DNA from: Klebsormidium nitens
Taxonomy: Eukaryota > Plantae > Klebsormidiophyceae
DNA length: 64,000 nt
Direction: 5' to 3'
Assembly: GCA_000708835.1 (NCBI GenBank)
Contig: DF237012.1
Coordinates: 190,013-254,012 of the forward strand
Shown: positions 1-13,765 of the stretch, piece after piece
Numbering within the stretch: position 1 is the first letter of the stretch
How the letters are laid out: each line of letters starts with the position of its first letter
Notes under the pieces: generated by a model
The model's input: only the letters and a program-made list of their open reading frames with translations
Told to the model about the DNA's origin: nothing
Databases searched by the model: none
Made by a program: the position numbers and the translations under genes

Positions 1-197
1 ACTGTTCTGCCATCGACTCAATCTCAAGAGCCACTCCCGTGTGCATACACCCTATCGCTTTAGCCTCGCGGAGCCGACGACGTCTACGTCTACATCTTTC
101 TCCCTGATCTCTGAAGGCAAGTATGAAGTTCGACCCTTCGACCATCCTTCAGCGACGCCCATTCCAACTTTTGTTCAGTCTGTGGTCCGAGCGCTTG

Positions 198-2372
198 CTA
201 CAACTGACCAACCTTTATACGATGGATAGTCCACCCATCGAAAGTTGAAGGTAGGGAATTCCCACCGTTCTTGTCGCGCTGAACCTTTTGGAAGCTCAGG
301 CTCGGGTGCAGCCCCCTCCGCCGCACAACAAACACCGCGCCGGCTGTAGCCACCGCCAAAACGACCACCGCTGCAAGGACCCCACCCACGATGCTGCCCA
401 CTTTGGCCCCGCTGCTGGAAGACGTGCCGGGAGCGCTGGCGCCTACATTGAGAGGTAGAAAATTTGGTGTTGATAACTTGGCATCGATTGGCAGTGATCT
501 TTACATATTGGCGTTACGTTGCCTTGTGCACAGATCAATCGAAGAACCCCTAACAATGGTTTCTTCTTAAGTGGCCCTGCTGCTGGAAGACGTGCTGGGG
601 GCGCTGGCACCTGTTTGGGGGGGTAAGCATTCCGATTTTAGCAGTCGTTATTATGTTCGAGTTCCCGGATCTTAGCTCTTTGGCTTTCAGTAGCCCTGCG
701 TGCGATCTCACTTAAAGAGGACTCCCGCGATGCTGCCCACTTTGGCCCCGCTACTGGAAGAAGTGCCGGGGGCGCTAGCACCTGTTCGAGGGGGTAAACA
801 TTTCGGATTTAGCAATCTTTAGTACTTGCATTCAGTGGATCTCAGCTCTTTGGCTTTCAGTAGCCTTGCGTGCAGTCTCGTCTGAGGAAGAACCACAATG
901 CTACCCCCTTGGGTCTTGATGAAAGAAGACGGGCCGGGGGCACTGGCACCGAAAGCGGGGGTTAAAGAGGTTTCGGGTTTCGTAGACCTCAAAATATCGG
1001 CTTTCAATGACCTTAGACGCTTGGCTTTCAGAAGCCTTATGTCGAGAAACGCATCAGGATGTTCCCACTTTGACCCCATGACCCCACTGCTCGAAGACGT
1101 GCGAGGGGTCACTTGCGCCTACTAAGGCAAGAGGGGGAAAAAGAACTTGTGACGTGTGAGGACGAATGCGGGGAAATGCGAAGTCGTTACGAAGCGCTCT
1201 GCTTCTTCTGGGGCCACTGACACGTCCCAAAGACGACGGGGAACGTACTAGAAAATGGCTCAATACGAAGACGGCCAAGGCCGGTCTAAAATATTCTCAA
1301 AACTTTGGCAGGCGGCTAATCTCTTAACTTGCTACCTTTACTTTCAGAGGCGCCTTAGGCAGTGGACAGTACGTAAACCTTTTCCTGGTCTCACCAGACG
1401 GAGGTTTCACCTCGCCGAAGGCAGCCGTCACACGATTGGCAACGCGCCCACCATGTCAAGCTATGGAACACCTTTCTTGTAGCATTTTGTTGCAAAGACC
1501 GTCGGTTGAAGACGTTCTGACGGATCGAAATCTCCAGCAATTATGTCTCTCGGTCTACAACTCACCCACGCTTGTAGCGCTCCGCGCTGCTGCCCCCCCC
1601 ACTGTCGACCCGTTCGCCTCGCCCAGAATGACCGTCGGCGCCGGTCCGGCCTGCGCAGGAACCAAAGCCGCGACGCCCTCCGGCCCGCTTATGGAAAACG
1701 ACTGCAGCCCGATCGACGAACTGGGAAGCGCCAGCTGGCGCTGTTCGGACACGCCAGTCCCGCTGAGCTGGATGAACGTGCCTGGCTCCCAACCGTTGCC
1801 GGACGCGGCTTTCAGCCATAGGTTGTAGGCGCCGGGAGGGAAGCAGGCGGCGACGATGGTGGTGGAGTGATTTGTGTAGTTGCTTCCCTGGAGGGGGACG
1901 GGAAACGTCTTGATTCAGAGACGTGCAGCAAAGGAGCGAAGGAGAGTAGCAATGAACGCCTGCAAACATGAAAGATGAGACCTCGAAGGATTGTGAAGCT
2001 TGTTCGTAGTGGCAGCACTAACTCTGATGGATCCAAACTCGTAGTTTCAGTTCCGTATTCTACATCTCTTTAGAACAATCTTACCTTTCCTATATGATTC
2101 TTATAAACGAAGAATTGACAAAGGGACGAACGTTCGCTTGCCGCAGAACTTCATGCAAAGGGAATGCGTTTCAGCCCTGTGACAAACACGATAAATTGAG
2201 CCCAAAGGCTTGAAGGCTTTGCTTTTCTTAGAGGAAAATCATACCTGGAGGAGAACGTGCGTGGAAAAGGTTGCTGAAGTGATGGTCCACGACGCATCGG
2301 CTGCGCGTCCCTCTGCATGAAAGGTGATGGTAACAGGGACGCCGGTCGGGGAATCGGTACAGACGTCTGCAG
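198..2372 (-). CDS. Type I membrane protein, 3' part: extracellular beta-sandwich-like domain, Ser/Ala/Gly linker, TM helix, short cytosolic tail; 5' exons unresolved
   Basis: Exons ~2366/2372-2245, 1887-1566 and 442-198 join in phase through GT/AG sites. They give ...VTITFHAEGRAADASWTITSATFSTHVLLQ|GSNYTNHSTTIVAACFPPGAYNLWLKAASGNGW...SATSV|GASAPGTSSSSGAKVGSIVGGVLAAVVVLAVATAGAVFVVRRR...KVGQL*. A hydrophobic helix is followed by an RRR stop-transfer signal. Confidence 0.7.
560..1130 (-). repeat. Four decaying ~170-bp intronic copies of the acceptor plus first ~40-60 nt of the exon at 442
   Basis: The gctgctggaagacgtgccgggagcgctggcgcct motif (411-444) recurs near 578-613, 748-784, 915-950 and 1085-1122 with increasing divergence. 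Confidence 0.85.
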
Positions 2373-4374
2373 CTGCAACACAATGATGGACCAACTTCAG
2401 TTTTTCCGCAAGTCTCACAAGGTTGTTTGGGCAATTTCCTGCTTTCCGCTTGATAGGGAAGTAAGTCGAAGGTAGTTGTTCCAACATGTTCCTCTAACTT
2501 GACTACCTGAGTTGTCTGACTTCTAGGTTTCCAACGTCTTCTGAACCTGGCAGCTCGCTCGGAAAGCGCTGTATTATGCCACAGGTGGGGTTGTGCAGCT
2601 CAAAGAACACACAGTGGGCCTCTTCTGCTTCAAAATTCAGCTTTTGGTCAGGCTAATCATGCTGAAAGTGAAGAGCCCTGTGCCCCAGCCCTGAAAGGCT
2701 GTTTGTGTAAGGGGGTGAGTCACAACGTCAGCATGGCCCGATGCGGACCATCGTGTGTCTAGTCACCTTCTGTGTTCCCTACCAGAATTACTGCTTGCAG
2801 GTAAATTCGTGGTCCCCATATTTTGAGGATGTCCCCTCTATGTCTCCCAGGCCCACTCACAGGAAAGAGACCAGAGCAATGGGCTGAGCAAGTCGTGTGC
2901 TTTACCACTCACTAAAAACAGCACTTGTCATGCGGACTTGCGTGACTATTGGGTATTATCAGTGGTCAAGCTGCTCAACGAGATTGGTCAGTGGCAAGTT
3001 CGCAAAAGGGCACTCGCTTCATGCAGAATGTGCCAGCTCTACCTTAGAGCCAAGTGGCAGGTTTTGCAGCTCACTGCTGATGCTCTTCTAGAAGCTGACG
3101 CTCCAGACTTTGGAAAACCTTAGAAAGCTATCATTTTGATGTTGTGATGTACAGCAGTAGCAGTTGAATCTAAGCAGGCAGGTACATATTTGACTTCATC
3201 TGTACACCTGATGCGAAGAACTCTCTTCGCATGAACCACAATCTCTTCCCTTGAGTACAGAGGAGCCTGACCAAAGTAATAATTATGAAAGGTACACTTC
3301 GAAGGTGAACCAAGAGTTCTCGCATTTTAGCCGCTAGTGTGGTTGACTGAGAAGAGCCCAGAACTCACCATTCTGACCCTGTGCTGCAGCTAGGAGCTGA
3401 GCAACGGCTGCAAAGAACGCGACCAAACCGAGCACTCGTTTACTGCCCTCCATGGCCGTGCCAAACCTGTCCTTCCTAAAGCTAAGCGCAGGCCGTGGAA
3501 CGCACAAATCTAGCTACAAAATTGTCGTGCACCACCCATAAACGCTGAGCTGTCTTCCGGCACCCTCCTTGTCGATAGCTTGAACGTGAGCTCGCTGTGT
3601 CAACTTTCGAAGAGGTCACAGCAACAATGCGGGAGCTCGCTGCAGACTTATAACCACTAGTCAAAGTGAATTAGGTGCCGCACAATGCCATGCGTTTTCA
3701 TTCAGACCAAGAAGGCCGATATTCCAGCAGAAGGTAAGAAACAACTCTTGGCCCCTTCCAAGCTGCAAGCTGCATGCAATGTAGGCCAGGCGTAAAGCTG
3801 TTGCGCTTTACTGGCAGAAAAGCAGCTTGTCCTTTGTCATAGTGACAACTCCCTTCCGCCCTGCAGGTTGAACCGCTTTCTCCGAGAAGCTGGGCCGGCC
3901 GACCTTTTTAGCTCTCTAGATTCTTGCAAACATGAATTGTGACAGCCCTAGTGATACTGTAGTGGTCATCAGCTCTTGCAGCAGCTCAGCTCAACAGCTC
4001 AACAGCTGCAGCTCAGCTTATCAACTGGCAATATATATATAAAGCCGTTCTTACCCCTTCTGGCAATCTGACGGTTCTAGTGGCTGTACCTCGCGCGCGC
4101 AAACTTGCTTATCGACGGTCGGATGCGGTCCGGCACACAAACCTCCGAAACCCGGCGGCCGCGCGATCCAGCGCCCAAACCCGGATTAGCGCTAGGATGA
4201 TATATTGATCGATCATATGGAGCTAGCTAGAGTAGGACTAGCTGTTTCATTATGTCCCTAGTGTAAATCAGCACCAGCTAGTCTTAAGCTGCACTTCCTT
4301 CGCCCAGAAACTCGTTTTTGTTCAAAACTGCTGACTGCAGCTGCTTTCTTTAAAACATAACAATCTGTAAAGGC

Positions 4375-4903
4375 ATGCAGGCAATTGACAGATCCGAATG
4401 GGCAAAAGTGCTGGTTGGAAAAGAAGTCTGGTGGGTACCAGCTGGAATGGCCGTGAGCGATATGCATTTCGAGCGGCGCGGCGGGGTCGTGCAGCTGCGC
4501 ATTCGCGAGGCCCCCCCCGAAGCGTGGGGGACGGTGCGCCCCAACGCTGTCTTTCAAAAGGGAGCCACATATCGAGCTATTTCAAAACGGCGCTCCGGGA
4601 TTGCTGTAAAGGAGAAAATGGTTCCGGTTTTAGCGAAAAAGCTGTCCACTGTGGCAGAAGAGGGAGAAGCGCCGGAACATACTGTCGAAGAAGACGGTTT
4701 GGTCGACGAAGCAGGTATATGTTGCGCATGGTGGCATGGTGTGAAGCCCCATAGTCGTGGACCTTAATGACAGTGTGAACAGCTGCCCAGATTTCGGCCC
4801 CTTAGAACGGCGAAACGCGACGCGGAATGAAGCCTCCACGCCCGATGGAGCTCATACAGAACCAGAATCGGGGATAAAGAAACAGTTGATGTTCCGTTTC
4901 TAG
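4375..4903 (+). CDS. Hypothetical protein (two putative exons 4375-4714 and 4806-4903)
   Basis: Open frame MQAIDRSEWAKVLVGKEVWWVP...; donor GCAG|GTATAT at 4714 matches in phase with acceptor CTTAG| at 4805. A TATA-like ATATATATAAA lies at ~4033. No recognisable domain. Confidence 0.3.
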
Positions 4904-6996
4904 ATCACTCTTCGATTTGTGAGTTCCTGAAACTGATTTGTTCCAAACGAAAGGCCAGTGGGTTTGTTCAAGGTGCCATTGATCGTGACACTGATCCATC
5001 ATCATTTAGCCGCATGAGTAGAAGTGCATCAATTTGATCAATTCTGCCGTCCACTTTGGGTCAGAGTCTTCAACCTTCGCAGCATGTACTAAGACGGCTG
5101 TAGTGCATCGGTGGCTTTGTTCAGTCCGTTGTAGATATGCTGACGTCTGGATTGCTCGTCTTGATTAGAAGTTGCTGGCTTGCGCACATGCTACCGCCTG
5201 TCAGCTCTCATTATGCCCTGCAATGACTCGGCGAGCCATTGATGTTCCTTTTTTGTCTACGATGAGAAGAAAAATGGTAGTAGATATAGCTTTCCCTCAG
5301 GATTACTTGGATATCAATAAACTAATATTGCGCAGCCTTCACTGTTTCGAATGTCCGTATATCATTCTGCAATGTCCACGACCGCCGGGGGAGGAAGTTG
5401 GAATGGTGGAGTGGTCACCGGTAGTCGCGGCTGCCACATTGGAGAACGAAAACGTAACGACGCCGGTTTGAACACGGTTCTCCGCAGGACGCGTCCTGCT
5501 TCAGGATCTCAGTTGCCCGGATCCTCGCCCCGTTCATCCTTATTCGTTCGCGCCCTTGTATTCAGTTCGTCAACTGGCCGACGCTTTGACATGAATCGAT
5601 GCGGTTAATTTAAGGTGCTTCCTGAAGCTTTTCTTGATCCATTTGTCATTGCTGCCAACGTCGTTCCATGATTCATGCTGCTAGCACATGAACCTCCCTT
5701 TGAATTCCATGTTTGCGTGTGCAAATAATTTTGATGATTTCTTCTTTGCCTAGTCATGGTGGGCAGGTACAACTTCAGGGGTTGAATAATTATACAGGAC
5801 CGAAAGCACCAGGCTGCTGCATGCAACAGCCTTACAGGCGATCAGGCGACCCTCCAGTTGCGACCCGCGGCGCTCGTTTTAGATGGGCAGCGGCATGATT
5901 ATTGCACGTCCCCACAATTACCGCCGTTGCTGTTGATCTTCCAATATGAGCTACTGTACTGTGCGTCACGTATGCATGTCTGTTGGGCGGTCCTGCGGCC
6001 GCCATCGCTTACATTGCTCGCAGGTGCGCGGGCCTGTCAAAGGCAAGGCCAAGCATGAAACTGAACCGTGGTTGAACAAGCTCTTGGGAATACGAAGTCA
6101 TCATGAAGTCGGACAAGGGCCTGCATAGCTGGCGCGCGGCTAAGGTAGTGGGTGCCTGTCATGGCAGGTTGATCCCCAACCCGGCGCAGCCACGGGGCAG
6201 AGCTTCGAAGCGGACATGCATCACTTAGGCGTCTAGCTCCGCATCCGGCTTGTCCAAAAGCTCATGCAGCTAGCGTCCAAATTATGCAGAGTGCCAGCTA
6301 GACATGTCAGTCCCAGACCAATCATTAAATTCTTTCCAAAAGCACCAGAGCTAGATGCACCCGGTTGATTTACAGATATAGACTCATGCAGAGCTGCGCA
6401 GCCGCAGCTGCATGTGCATATGCATCAACATTCAAGTAAGTTTCGAAAGAAAGTGCCTCGCCATACGCCGCACCTGCCATGGGCTGGCAATTGCAAGTAT
6501 TAGCACGATCGACTGCAGTGCACGTAACCGTCATGACATTCGATCATTCTGTCTCAATCTTGATCAGGTTAAGTTAGCGGTAAGACACGAGATCATGTGC
6601 CCCATCAGGCCAATCTAACAGCTCATCCGAGACCTCAGAGCTCGATTACCGTCATCAACGAACTTCATATGTCAAAACTGCGAGGCAACTTGGCATTGAC
6701 AACGGAATCACTGAAAGCTATAGTATCCCTTATTATAAGGTGAAAATAGTGCGAAACAAAAGCATCCGATATCCTGAAAGCTGCTTGCCGTCACAATGTG
6801 TATGATCAATTATGGTACAGTTGTGCCTCCTTGTCACAGAAGCCCGACCTATTCTGCGTCACTAGGAACAAATGAAGCCAATCTAAATGCGGAAAGTGTT
6901 GCTAAGCTTGAATAAGCACTGCAGTCCACTTGTGCTTCAACCTCAGTTTACGCAAACACCTACATACCTCCACTTGCTGCAACATTTGCATACGAA

Positions 6997-9900
6997 CTAG
7001 AGCGACAGAAACTGGAATACATACGGCATGCCTTCCGTAACCGTCCATGCTACGCTAGCATAAGATATTAACCTGATTGTCGTGTCGAGATTGAACCCCT
7101 CGTCCTCGACCCAGTGCTTCGAATCCTTTTCCTGTCCTAACTTAGCCGTACTATCCCAACTTGCTTCCGATGTTTGTTTCCGCTCGGAGTTGGCCCCGTT
7201 CGTCTGAGGCCAACCCAGACCTCGATCCGCTTCTTGCCCCCAAGGCTGCCTTTTGTGTAGCGACGAAGTGTTCGAGGGAGAGGCGGGTAGACTTGGAAAC
7301 TCGGCGACTCTCGTGGGGGACTCCTTGTCAACCGGGAGAGCACTGCAGCCTCTGATTGGGATGCCGAGAGCGCGGGTCACAGCCGGTAGGGTCGCCTTCA
7401 AGAACGCCTTGCTGCCTTCCTTGGCGAAGAGGATCGCCGGCAAGCCTGAATCATCACAGAGAGTGGCAGCTTGTGGGAACACTTTCAGAAAGCTGCGAAG
7501 TCAGTGACAGCAGAGGGGATATCCGGCTCCTGAAAACCAGAGGGACAGCCCGAGAAGAATGTGATTTCCGTTATGAGATCCTCACAACGGATTCCTACGA
7601 TGTCTCTCAGTTACCCGCTCTTTGAATTTTGTGTAGGGCGTGGAAATTCACCGAGACAACGGATAAATTCGGCTCTTACAGATGAAAAGCATATGCGTCT
7701 TACTTGAGGAGCCGGGAAAACAATCGAAAGAGCCAGATTAGAATGGGGAAGCAGCTGTAGCAGCAGAAAGAAGTGAGAAAACTAGTGCAATCACACACCG
7801 CTCGGAAATGTTCACGCAGGCTATCACGTTTTTCGTGATACCCTGTCCGACCTTGTCCAACCCTGCAATCAGTCCAGTAGACTTGGAAAGAAAGTACTCT
7901 GCAAATGTGGGCATTGATTGTCCTTCACAGTAGTGAAAAATATCGAGGAGATCCGCTTACCAATCAGCAACCGCTTGGCAATCGCGATGGCACCCGGTCT
8001 CGTGAATATCGGCAGAGGGGCCGCCAGCCCATTGTGAAACTGGGCGAAGGTTCTATGGACGCCGACGATCTGAGACAAGGCAAAATTGACGTCACTTAGC
8101 GACACCTCAGAACACGTGGCTAAAGCTGAGTTCTTTCTATTTAGGCCGTTGGAATTCGGTGAGGACGATCCTCCATCCAATAGTGGGGCCCCCACCCATA
8201 CTCTGGTCGCAAAGTGACAGCTCGACTTTTTTTCTTAATCTCGTGAGGCCACTCTCGAGCATGCTGCAAAAGCGAGTCGGCTGAACGCTTCAACTCGTTG
8301 GGACGTGTGTCTCCGAATGGGAGTCAACGATGCCCAATCTACTCCTCACATGGACCACTAACGACTGCAATCGTGTCTGCAGGCGAGCAAACGAGGGATG
8401 GAGAGACCGGAACGAAAGCAACGGACTGCTCACCACGCCCAGAGCAACCCCGTTGAAGGACACGTGGTAGTCGTAACTAGGAGTGGGCGTCTCTGGCACC
8501 GGGTACAGGCAGTTGAAGAGAACCGCCAGCACAATCTGGAAGGAGATCACTGCGACGACAAGAGGGAGCAATCAGCACGAGCCACAAAAAACTATGTTTG
8601 ACTGGCGCTCCTGTCTAGCAGGTGCGTGGCGGCGATATCAATGGATGAGCCGTCGACGCGCGAGATAAGCCGGCGGTCACCATTTGACTGCAGTCAAGCT
8701 CAAGTGGTGAACACTGCAAAGTGCCGGACTCTTGTACGTTACGTTGGCTCGCACGTATGCCGAGCCCCACGCACAACCCTGCATGCGCAGAACCGAGGGA
8801 CAAATGCTCTCCAAGATCCTTTAAATGTGGAGCAGAACTCCTCTCAATATCAGAGCCGGTCTCTCCTTCTTTTCAGGAACAGAGCAGGCGACCTCAGGCA
8901 AAAGCACACAAGCAGGCATTCGTCCAAAACCAAAATTTTCTCGTCTGTCAGTTGCGTGTCGCCCTCGGAGGCTCGCTCGCATTGTGGTCCCCTCCGTCCC
9001 TTCGTCTTGCACGGTTGTGGTCCCGGATACCAGTCCCAAGCGCCCCCTTTCTCCAGATTTCCAAACTTATTTTGAGTTCACATTATGAAAATAGCTGCCA
9101 AGTGTGCTGCCCTCACCGTTGGTTCCCCCAGTGACCCAGCTGTCAACGAAGCGGTCCACCTGACACCAGAGCACGAGCGCTACAGCCGCAATGATGGCGC
9201 CCACATACATGTCCACAGGAGAGTGCATCCCCTGGTAGAGCCGGCCTGGAAAGCAGCACGGGCAAACATGTCAGGTGCCTTGGAAATTACGAAAAATACA
9301 TTCGAAAAATTTGCTTTGCGCTTCTACAAACGATGAGCTTTGCGCCTCTATAAGCAATCCGCCTTTACTAGTGATTAGCTTCTCAAATCTACGAGTGATG
9401 AAAAAGTGCAGGGGCTCAAGGTGATGCTAAACGCCTCTACATTTTGCGTTTATCACGAGGTGATCAGGCAGGTGGCATGGCAGTTTGGGCACGACGCTTT
9501 TGTGTTGGGGTGAGGTTGAGTCCAAAACCTGGGGTAAACGTGTCCACTCACCATACATAATGAACAAGCCGAGCAGAAGGACCCCCCCAACCGCGCCCCA
9601 GAGAGACGTGATCTCAATCTGGCCTTCTTGCACGAAGTAGTGCACAATGTATCTGCACGGACAGAGGTCCTTTGTGTCAGCATTTGTTGTCAGGATTTGT
9701 CACCTTCACCTGAATGCCTTCTGGGCAATAAATGAGTGGCAGACTACATGGAGGATCTCAAAGAAGCAGACTGCAAGCATATGAAGACTGGGATAGTGCG
9801 CTTACCCAAGCAATGCAAGCGTATTGATTGTGTGCGTGGAAGGCAGCCCATACTCCTGGGCGTTGGTCTTGTCGTTGTCGTTGTTCCGGATCCGAACGAC

Positions 9901-12171
9901 GGGGGGGGACGGCGGCCGGGGTGCACACACAACGTCCTGCATACAAGAGCGGGCGTTCCACTTCATCAACTTGGAATACCTGATCCATGTAACAGCGCAC
10001 GGGTGCCTATATCTTAGGATAGAAAGTCCGCAATGAAGAAACATCCCTGAATGGATCTTGGCAGCTAATACGGATGCTGTCTGTTGTCATCCTGACTACT
10101 AAGGTAGACCTTGGACTTCCCAATGTGATGGTAACAAGCTGGTCAGAACTGCCGTCGGCTTTGAAAGGCTTACAGTCGAACTCTTGCATGATGCATGCCC
10201 TCCTGAGAAGGCGCACATGGGTCGTAACGATGCTGAGAACTTTTTAACGACCTGAAAGTTGAATCTCCTACAACTCGCGCAACAAGAACAACCCTCAACT
10301 ACCGTTTCCATGCTCCCCCACACAAAATTTTGACCTACTAAACCTGTCCCCCCTTTGCCTGTCTCGGTCAAATAACTGATTTGTCAGGAAAAGAACCAAG
10401 AGTTGGTGAATCAGACTTCACCTTGAGTGCATTGCCAATGTACAGGCAGACGGCCATCAGCAGGGCGAGCTGGCGTGCGAGGTATGAGTAGTTTGCCTAA
10501 AGAACAAATAGCCGCAATGAGCCACTGCTTCCAGTAGAGCATAAGAACGACACAAAAACTACATCAAGAAAGCTCTTATTAATACATCAAGAAAGAGCCT
10601 TTGATCCCCCCCGCTTGCCCCGGTGGAGCTAGGGAGCCCTTTCTCCAAGTGGTCAAAGCTGTCTATACAGCCCAATGTTCAACATATCTGGCCCCATTCT
10701 TTTGGGTGTATGAAAAGTCACCGCTGTCGACAAGGCCAATTCTTGTCTGGTGACCATGTGGCAGACACACATTCTCTGACCATTCACAATATATGAAGTT
10801 TTGACATGTTTCTCATTTGTTGAAATCCTAAGCAATGCACGCACATGACGACACCAGCAAGCTGGTTGACTAGAAACAATGAGCAACCTGTTCTTCTTAT
10901 GCTGTGCAGAACACCCTCGATTAGGAAGTGTTGAAACCAAATCGATTTGCCCCAAAAATCAAGAAGTGCTCACCCAGAATAGAAGAGGCAGAAACGTGGC
11001 GTAGAACTCGATGGACACGCAGAGGGAGCAGAAGGAGATGAGCTGGCTCAGCAGGGGATGCTGGATTTTCTGCAGGTTGAATGAGGATGATGTCAGGAAC
11101 CGAATGTCCTTGGCCGATGTCGATTGATCGTAAGTTGCACATTATGGGGCAGCTGCGATGCAGTACACAATGCCCGATGTCGACATGGGCCTGTAAGCTC
11201 GGACCTGCCCGTCAGTGTTAGGATGCGAAATGGGGCCGGAGCCATGGATCGGTTCAATGCTGTCCCGACAACTACGCAGGACTGGGAATGGGAAAAGTGC
11301 AGATAAGGCATAGTGTCTCAGCGATGTTGGTCTTGGAAAGCTTGCACTAGGAAGATGCAATACTCTGCTTGATCGATGCGGCAAGCAACATGACTGCATC
11401 GCATAAATTGTCGCATTGAGGTCAAGCCTGCGTTGCCCGAGGAGCTCATGCAAATGTAAACGGCATTTTACCGCTGCTGTTTATAAGCCATAAATGTTCA
11501 GCCAAGCTTGAGGTGCGTTGGGAAGCAAGGAATTGACATGTCAGGGGAAAAGGCCAACCTTCTGTTTCATGGCCACCAATTGAGGTTTCACTCAGCGCGA
11601 CCTTGCTTCAATCATGCCACAAACAAGAGCAATAAGAGAGGCAAGAAACCAAGCAAGACTCGCAAGATCTAGCCAGCCGATAAGCCAGCAACATTCAGGG
11701 GAGCGCCGCAAAGAATAGCAAACCCTCTGTTTGCAGATCACAGAGCTCTCGCAGGCTTTCCGATTTCTAAATGCAACCTCAAGCAATGGGGCAGAGCTGA
11801 AGATTATCCAATCGGCTGCCAATGTGCAGATTTGTTCATTTGATCAAACCTAATTTCAATCACTGAATCTGGGGCAGTTCACGCACTCCTCAGCAGCAAA
11901 CAAGTAGTAGCTAGCACTCTATGCAAGCGACAATGTGCTTCCTTTAGCTCACCTGAGCTCCCAAGACCACCCACAAACCCTGCTTAACCCACTTCACGGT
12001 CCAAGGCCGCATCTGGCTCCGCACTGCGAGGGTTAGCTGCATAACCCTGGCTATGTACATAAAGGTCAAGATCCCCGCAATAGTGCTTATCTGCCAGATT
12101 GGAAATCCCCCTGGGATCATCAGGGCCACTCTCCCAAAGGCCGCATCCATGCTGCTCATTTCAACATCCAT
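6997..12171 (-). CDS. SPP1: Lipid phosphate phosphatase delta / sphingoid long-chain-base 1-phosphate phosphatase (PAP2 family)
   Basis: Nine phase-consistent exons: 12171-11953, 11069-10974, 10496-10422, 9936-9806, 9652-9552, 9245-9117, 8549-8434, 8069-7961, 7445-6997. PAP2 motifs K..V.APRPP, EYGLPSTH and GRLYQGMHSPVD are present, plus YPVPETPTPSYDYHVSFNGVALG and C-terminal FNLDTTIRLISYASVAW. These are colinear with Arabidopsis LPP-delta/SPP1 as recalled from memory. Confidence 0.93.
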
Positions 12172-13765
12172 CCTAGGCTGGTGACTTGCAAAAGCTTGGT
12201 CACATGCCTTTTTGTGCTCTGAAAGCCGAATCAAACCCTTCTGATCAACCAGCTTCGACTTGAGAGCTGATGATGCAAAATTGAATTCTTAGTGAGACTT
12301 AGGATGCAGGATTGAAGTCGCCCGCGGCCCCATGCTGCCACTGCATATTTCCCTGCTGCCGGATTCAGAATGCTTTTGCGTTGCCAAAATCAATGCAACC
12401 GCCCCGATCCTTGAAGGAGGATGTGTGAAGAACGGGCCATCTAGAACTGATCCTAGGTCCCCTTCTTCCAGACTCCTCCCGAACTCGCCACGTGCAGAAC
12501 TGGCGCCGCACCTGGCCGCATCAGCTCCTCAGCCTCTGTCCAGCAATTGAAAGTCCTCCCATATTATTTGGCCCTGGGAGTTCAGCTGTGCAACCGTTGA
12601 ACTGCTGATCAGCAATTTTAATATTTAACTCCAGTCCGAGCAGTCGCCTGCGGCCTGGCTTCACTTCGAAATGGTAATGGTTCAAGATTCTACTAGACAA
12701 ACCATTGTCGCCTCTTCACCGAGGGATGGGGATAGCAGAATGCTTCCTGCGGTTGAGATTTGGCGGAGTGGAGTTAACCGCTGCCTAATTGGCGGTCAAC
12801 TACAAACCGTTTCCATGATGGTAGACGGAAAACTAGAGTCTAGAGAGTGGACCGTGACGTGGAGTCCGATCCACTTTGTTAGATTGAAACTTTCGCGCCA
12901 TTCAGGCAGCTCATTCAGGTTGAGGCCAGGGCCCAGGATAGGCAAAGCATTCGGAAATGCTTGCAGGCGTACAATGTCGCAGCTTCTGCGGCCTTGGTAA
13001 GGTGTTTAGTCTGCTCGACACCACAGAAGACAGATGGGGTAGATCTTAAGCGCTGCCATCGGAGGCAACTTACGCTACCAAGAGCATGTGAGTTCCTGTA
13101 ACAACCCTTTTCAGTGAGCGTTTCGAAAGATTTGATTGGTTCGCAGACCTCGGCAGTTGCAGTTTTCGTTGGCGTTCCGAGCCTGTGGTGCTGAGGGATG
13201 CCTTGTAGGAGTCCACTATGAATGCTGCAGTCCTGGTCTTCTGTCTTCTATTTGTCAAGCAGACTTCCGACGGCGTCTGGTCTACTTATGTGGTCCGCTT
13301 TTCCTGGTCTCAATCCATCAATGTCTGGTCGGAGCTCGATTGCTCTAAATCCCTTCTGATTTCAAATGTTTGCCATTGAATGACTCTCTTTTAGACTCAA
13401 TAGATTCACTACCTACTTTCCAAAGCAAGAAGGAGGCGCTTTACAATCAGGATCCGCATCTAATGTATACCGTTCAGAAAGGCATCAAACCCTTGTAAAG
13501 TACTAAGCTAAGCTCTGGGCGCCCTTTTCTAATTCTCATTTGGAAGATTCGATTGAATTCCTGCCCAAGAGCACACAATGGGTCAGAGCTTGTCCATACA
13601 TTTGTCCCCACTTGATTTCGTCTCGTCACAGAATGTACTGAAAGGTCCTTCATAAGGCCTCAAATTCCATTCTCAGGTTTGTACTGTCTTCGAGCTGGTT
13701 TATGCTACAAAACCCGTTTGTAGAATCATTGTTCCCGTGTTGAAGCTGCTCTTTCTGTGACCAGG

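Noticed and set aside
1436-1828. Plus-strand ORF with kinase-like RPSVEDVL and an upstream LGSGQY
   Set aside because: It is antisense to a well-spliced minus-strand exon (1887-1566), and no other kinase motifs are present.
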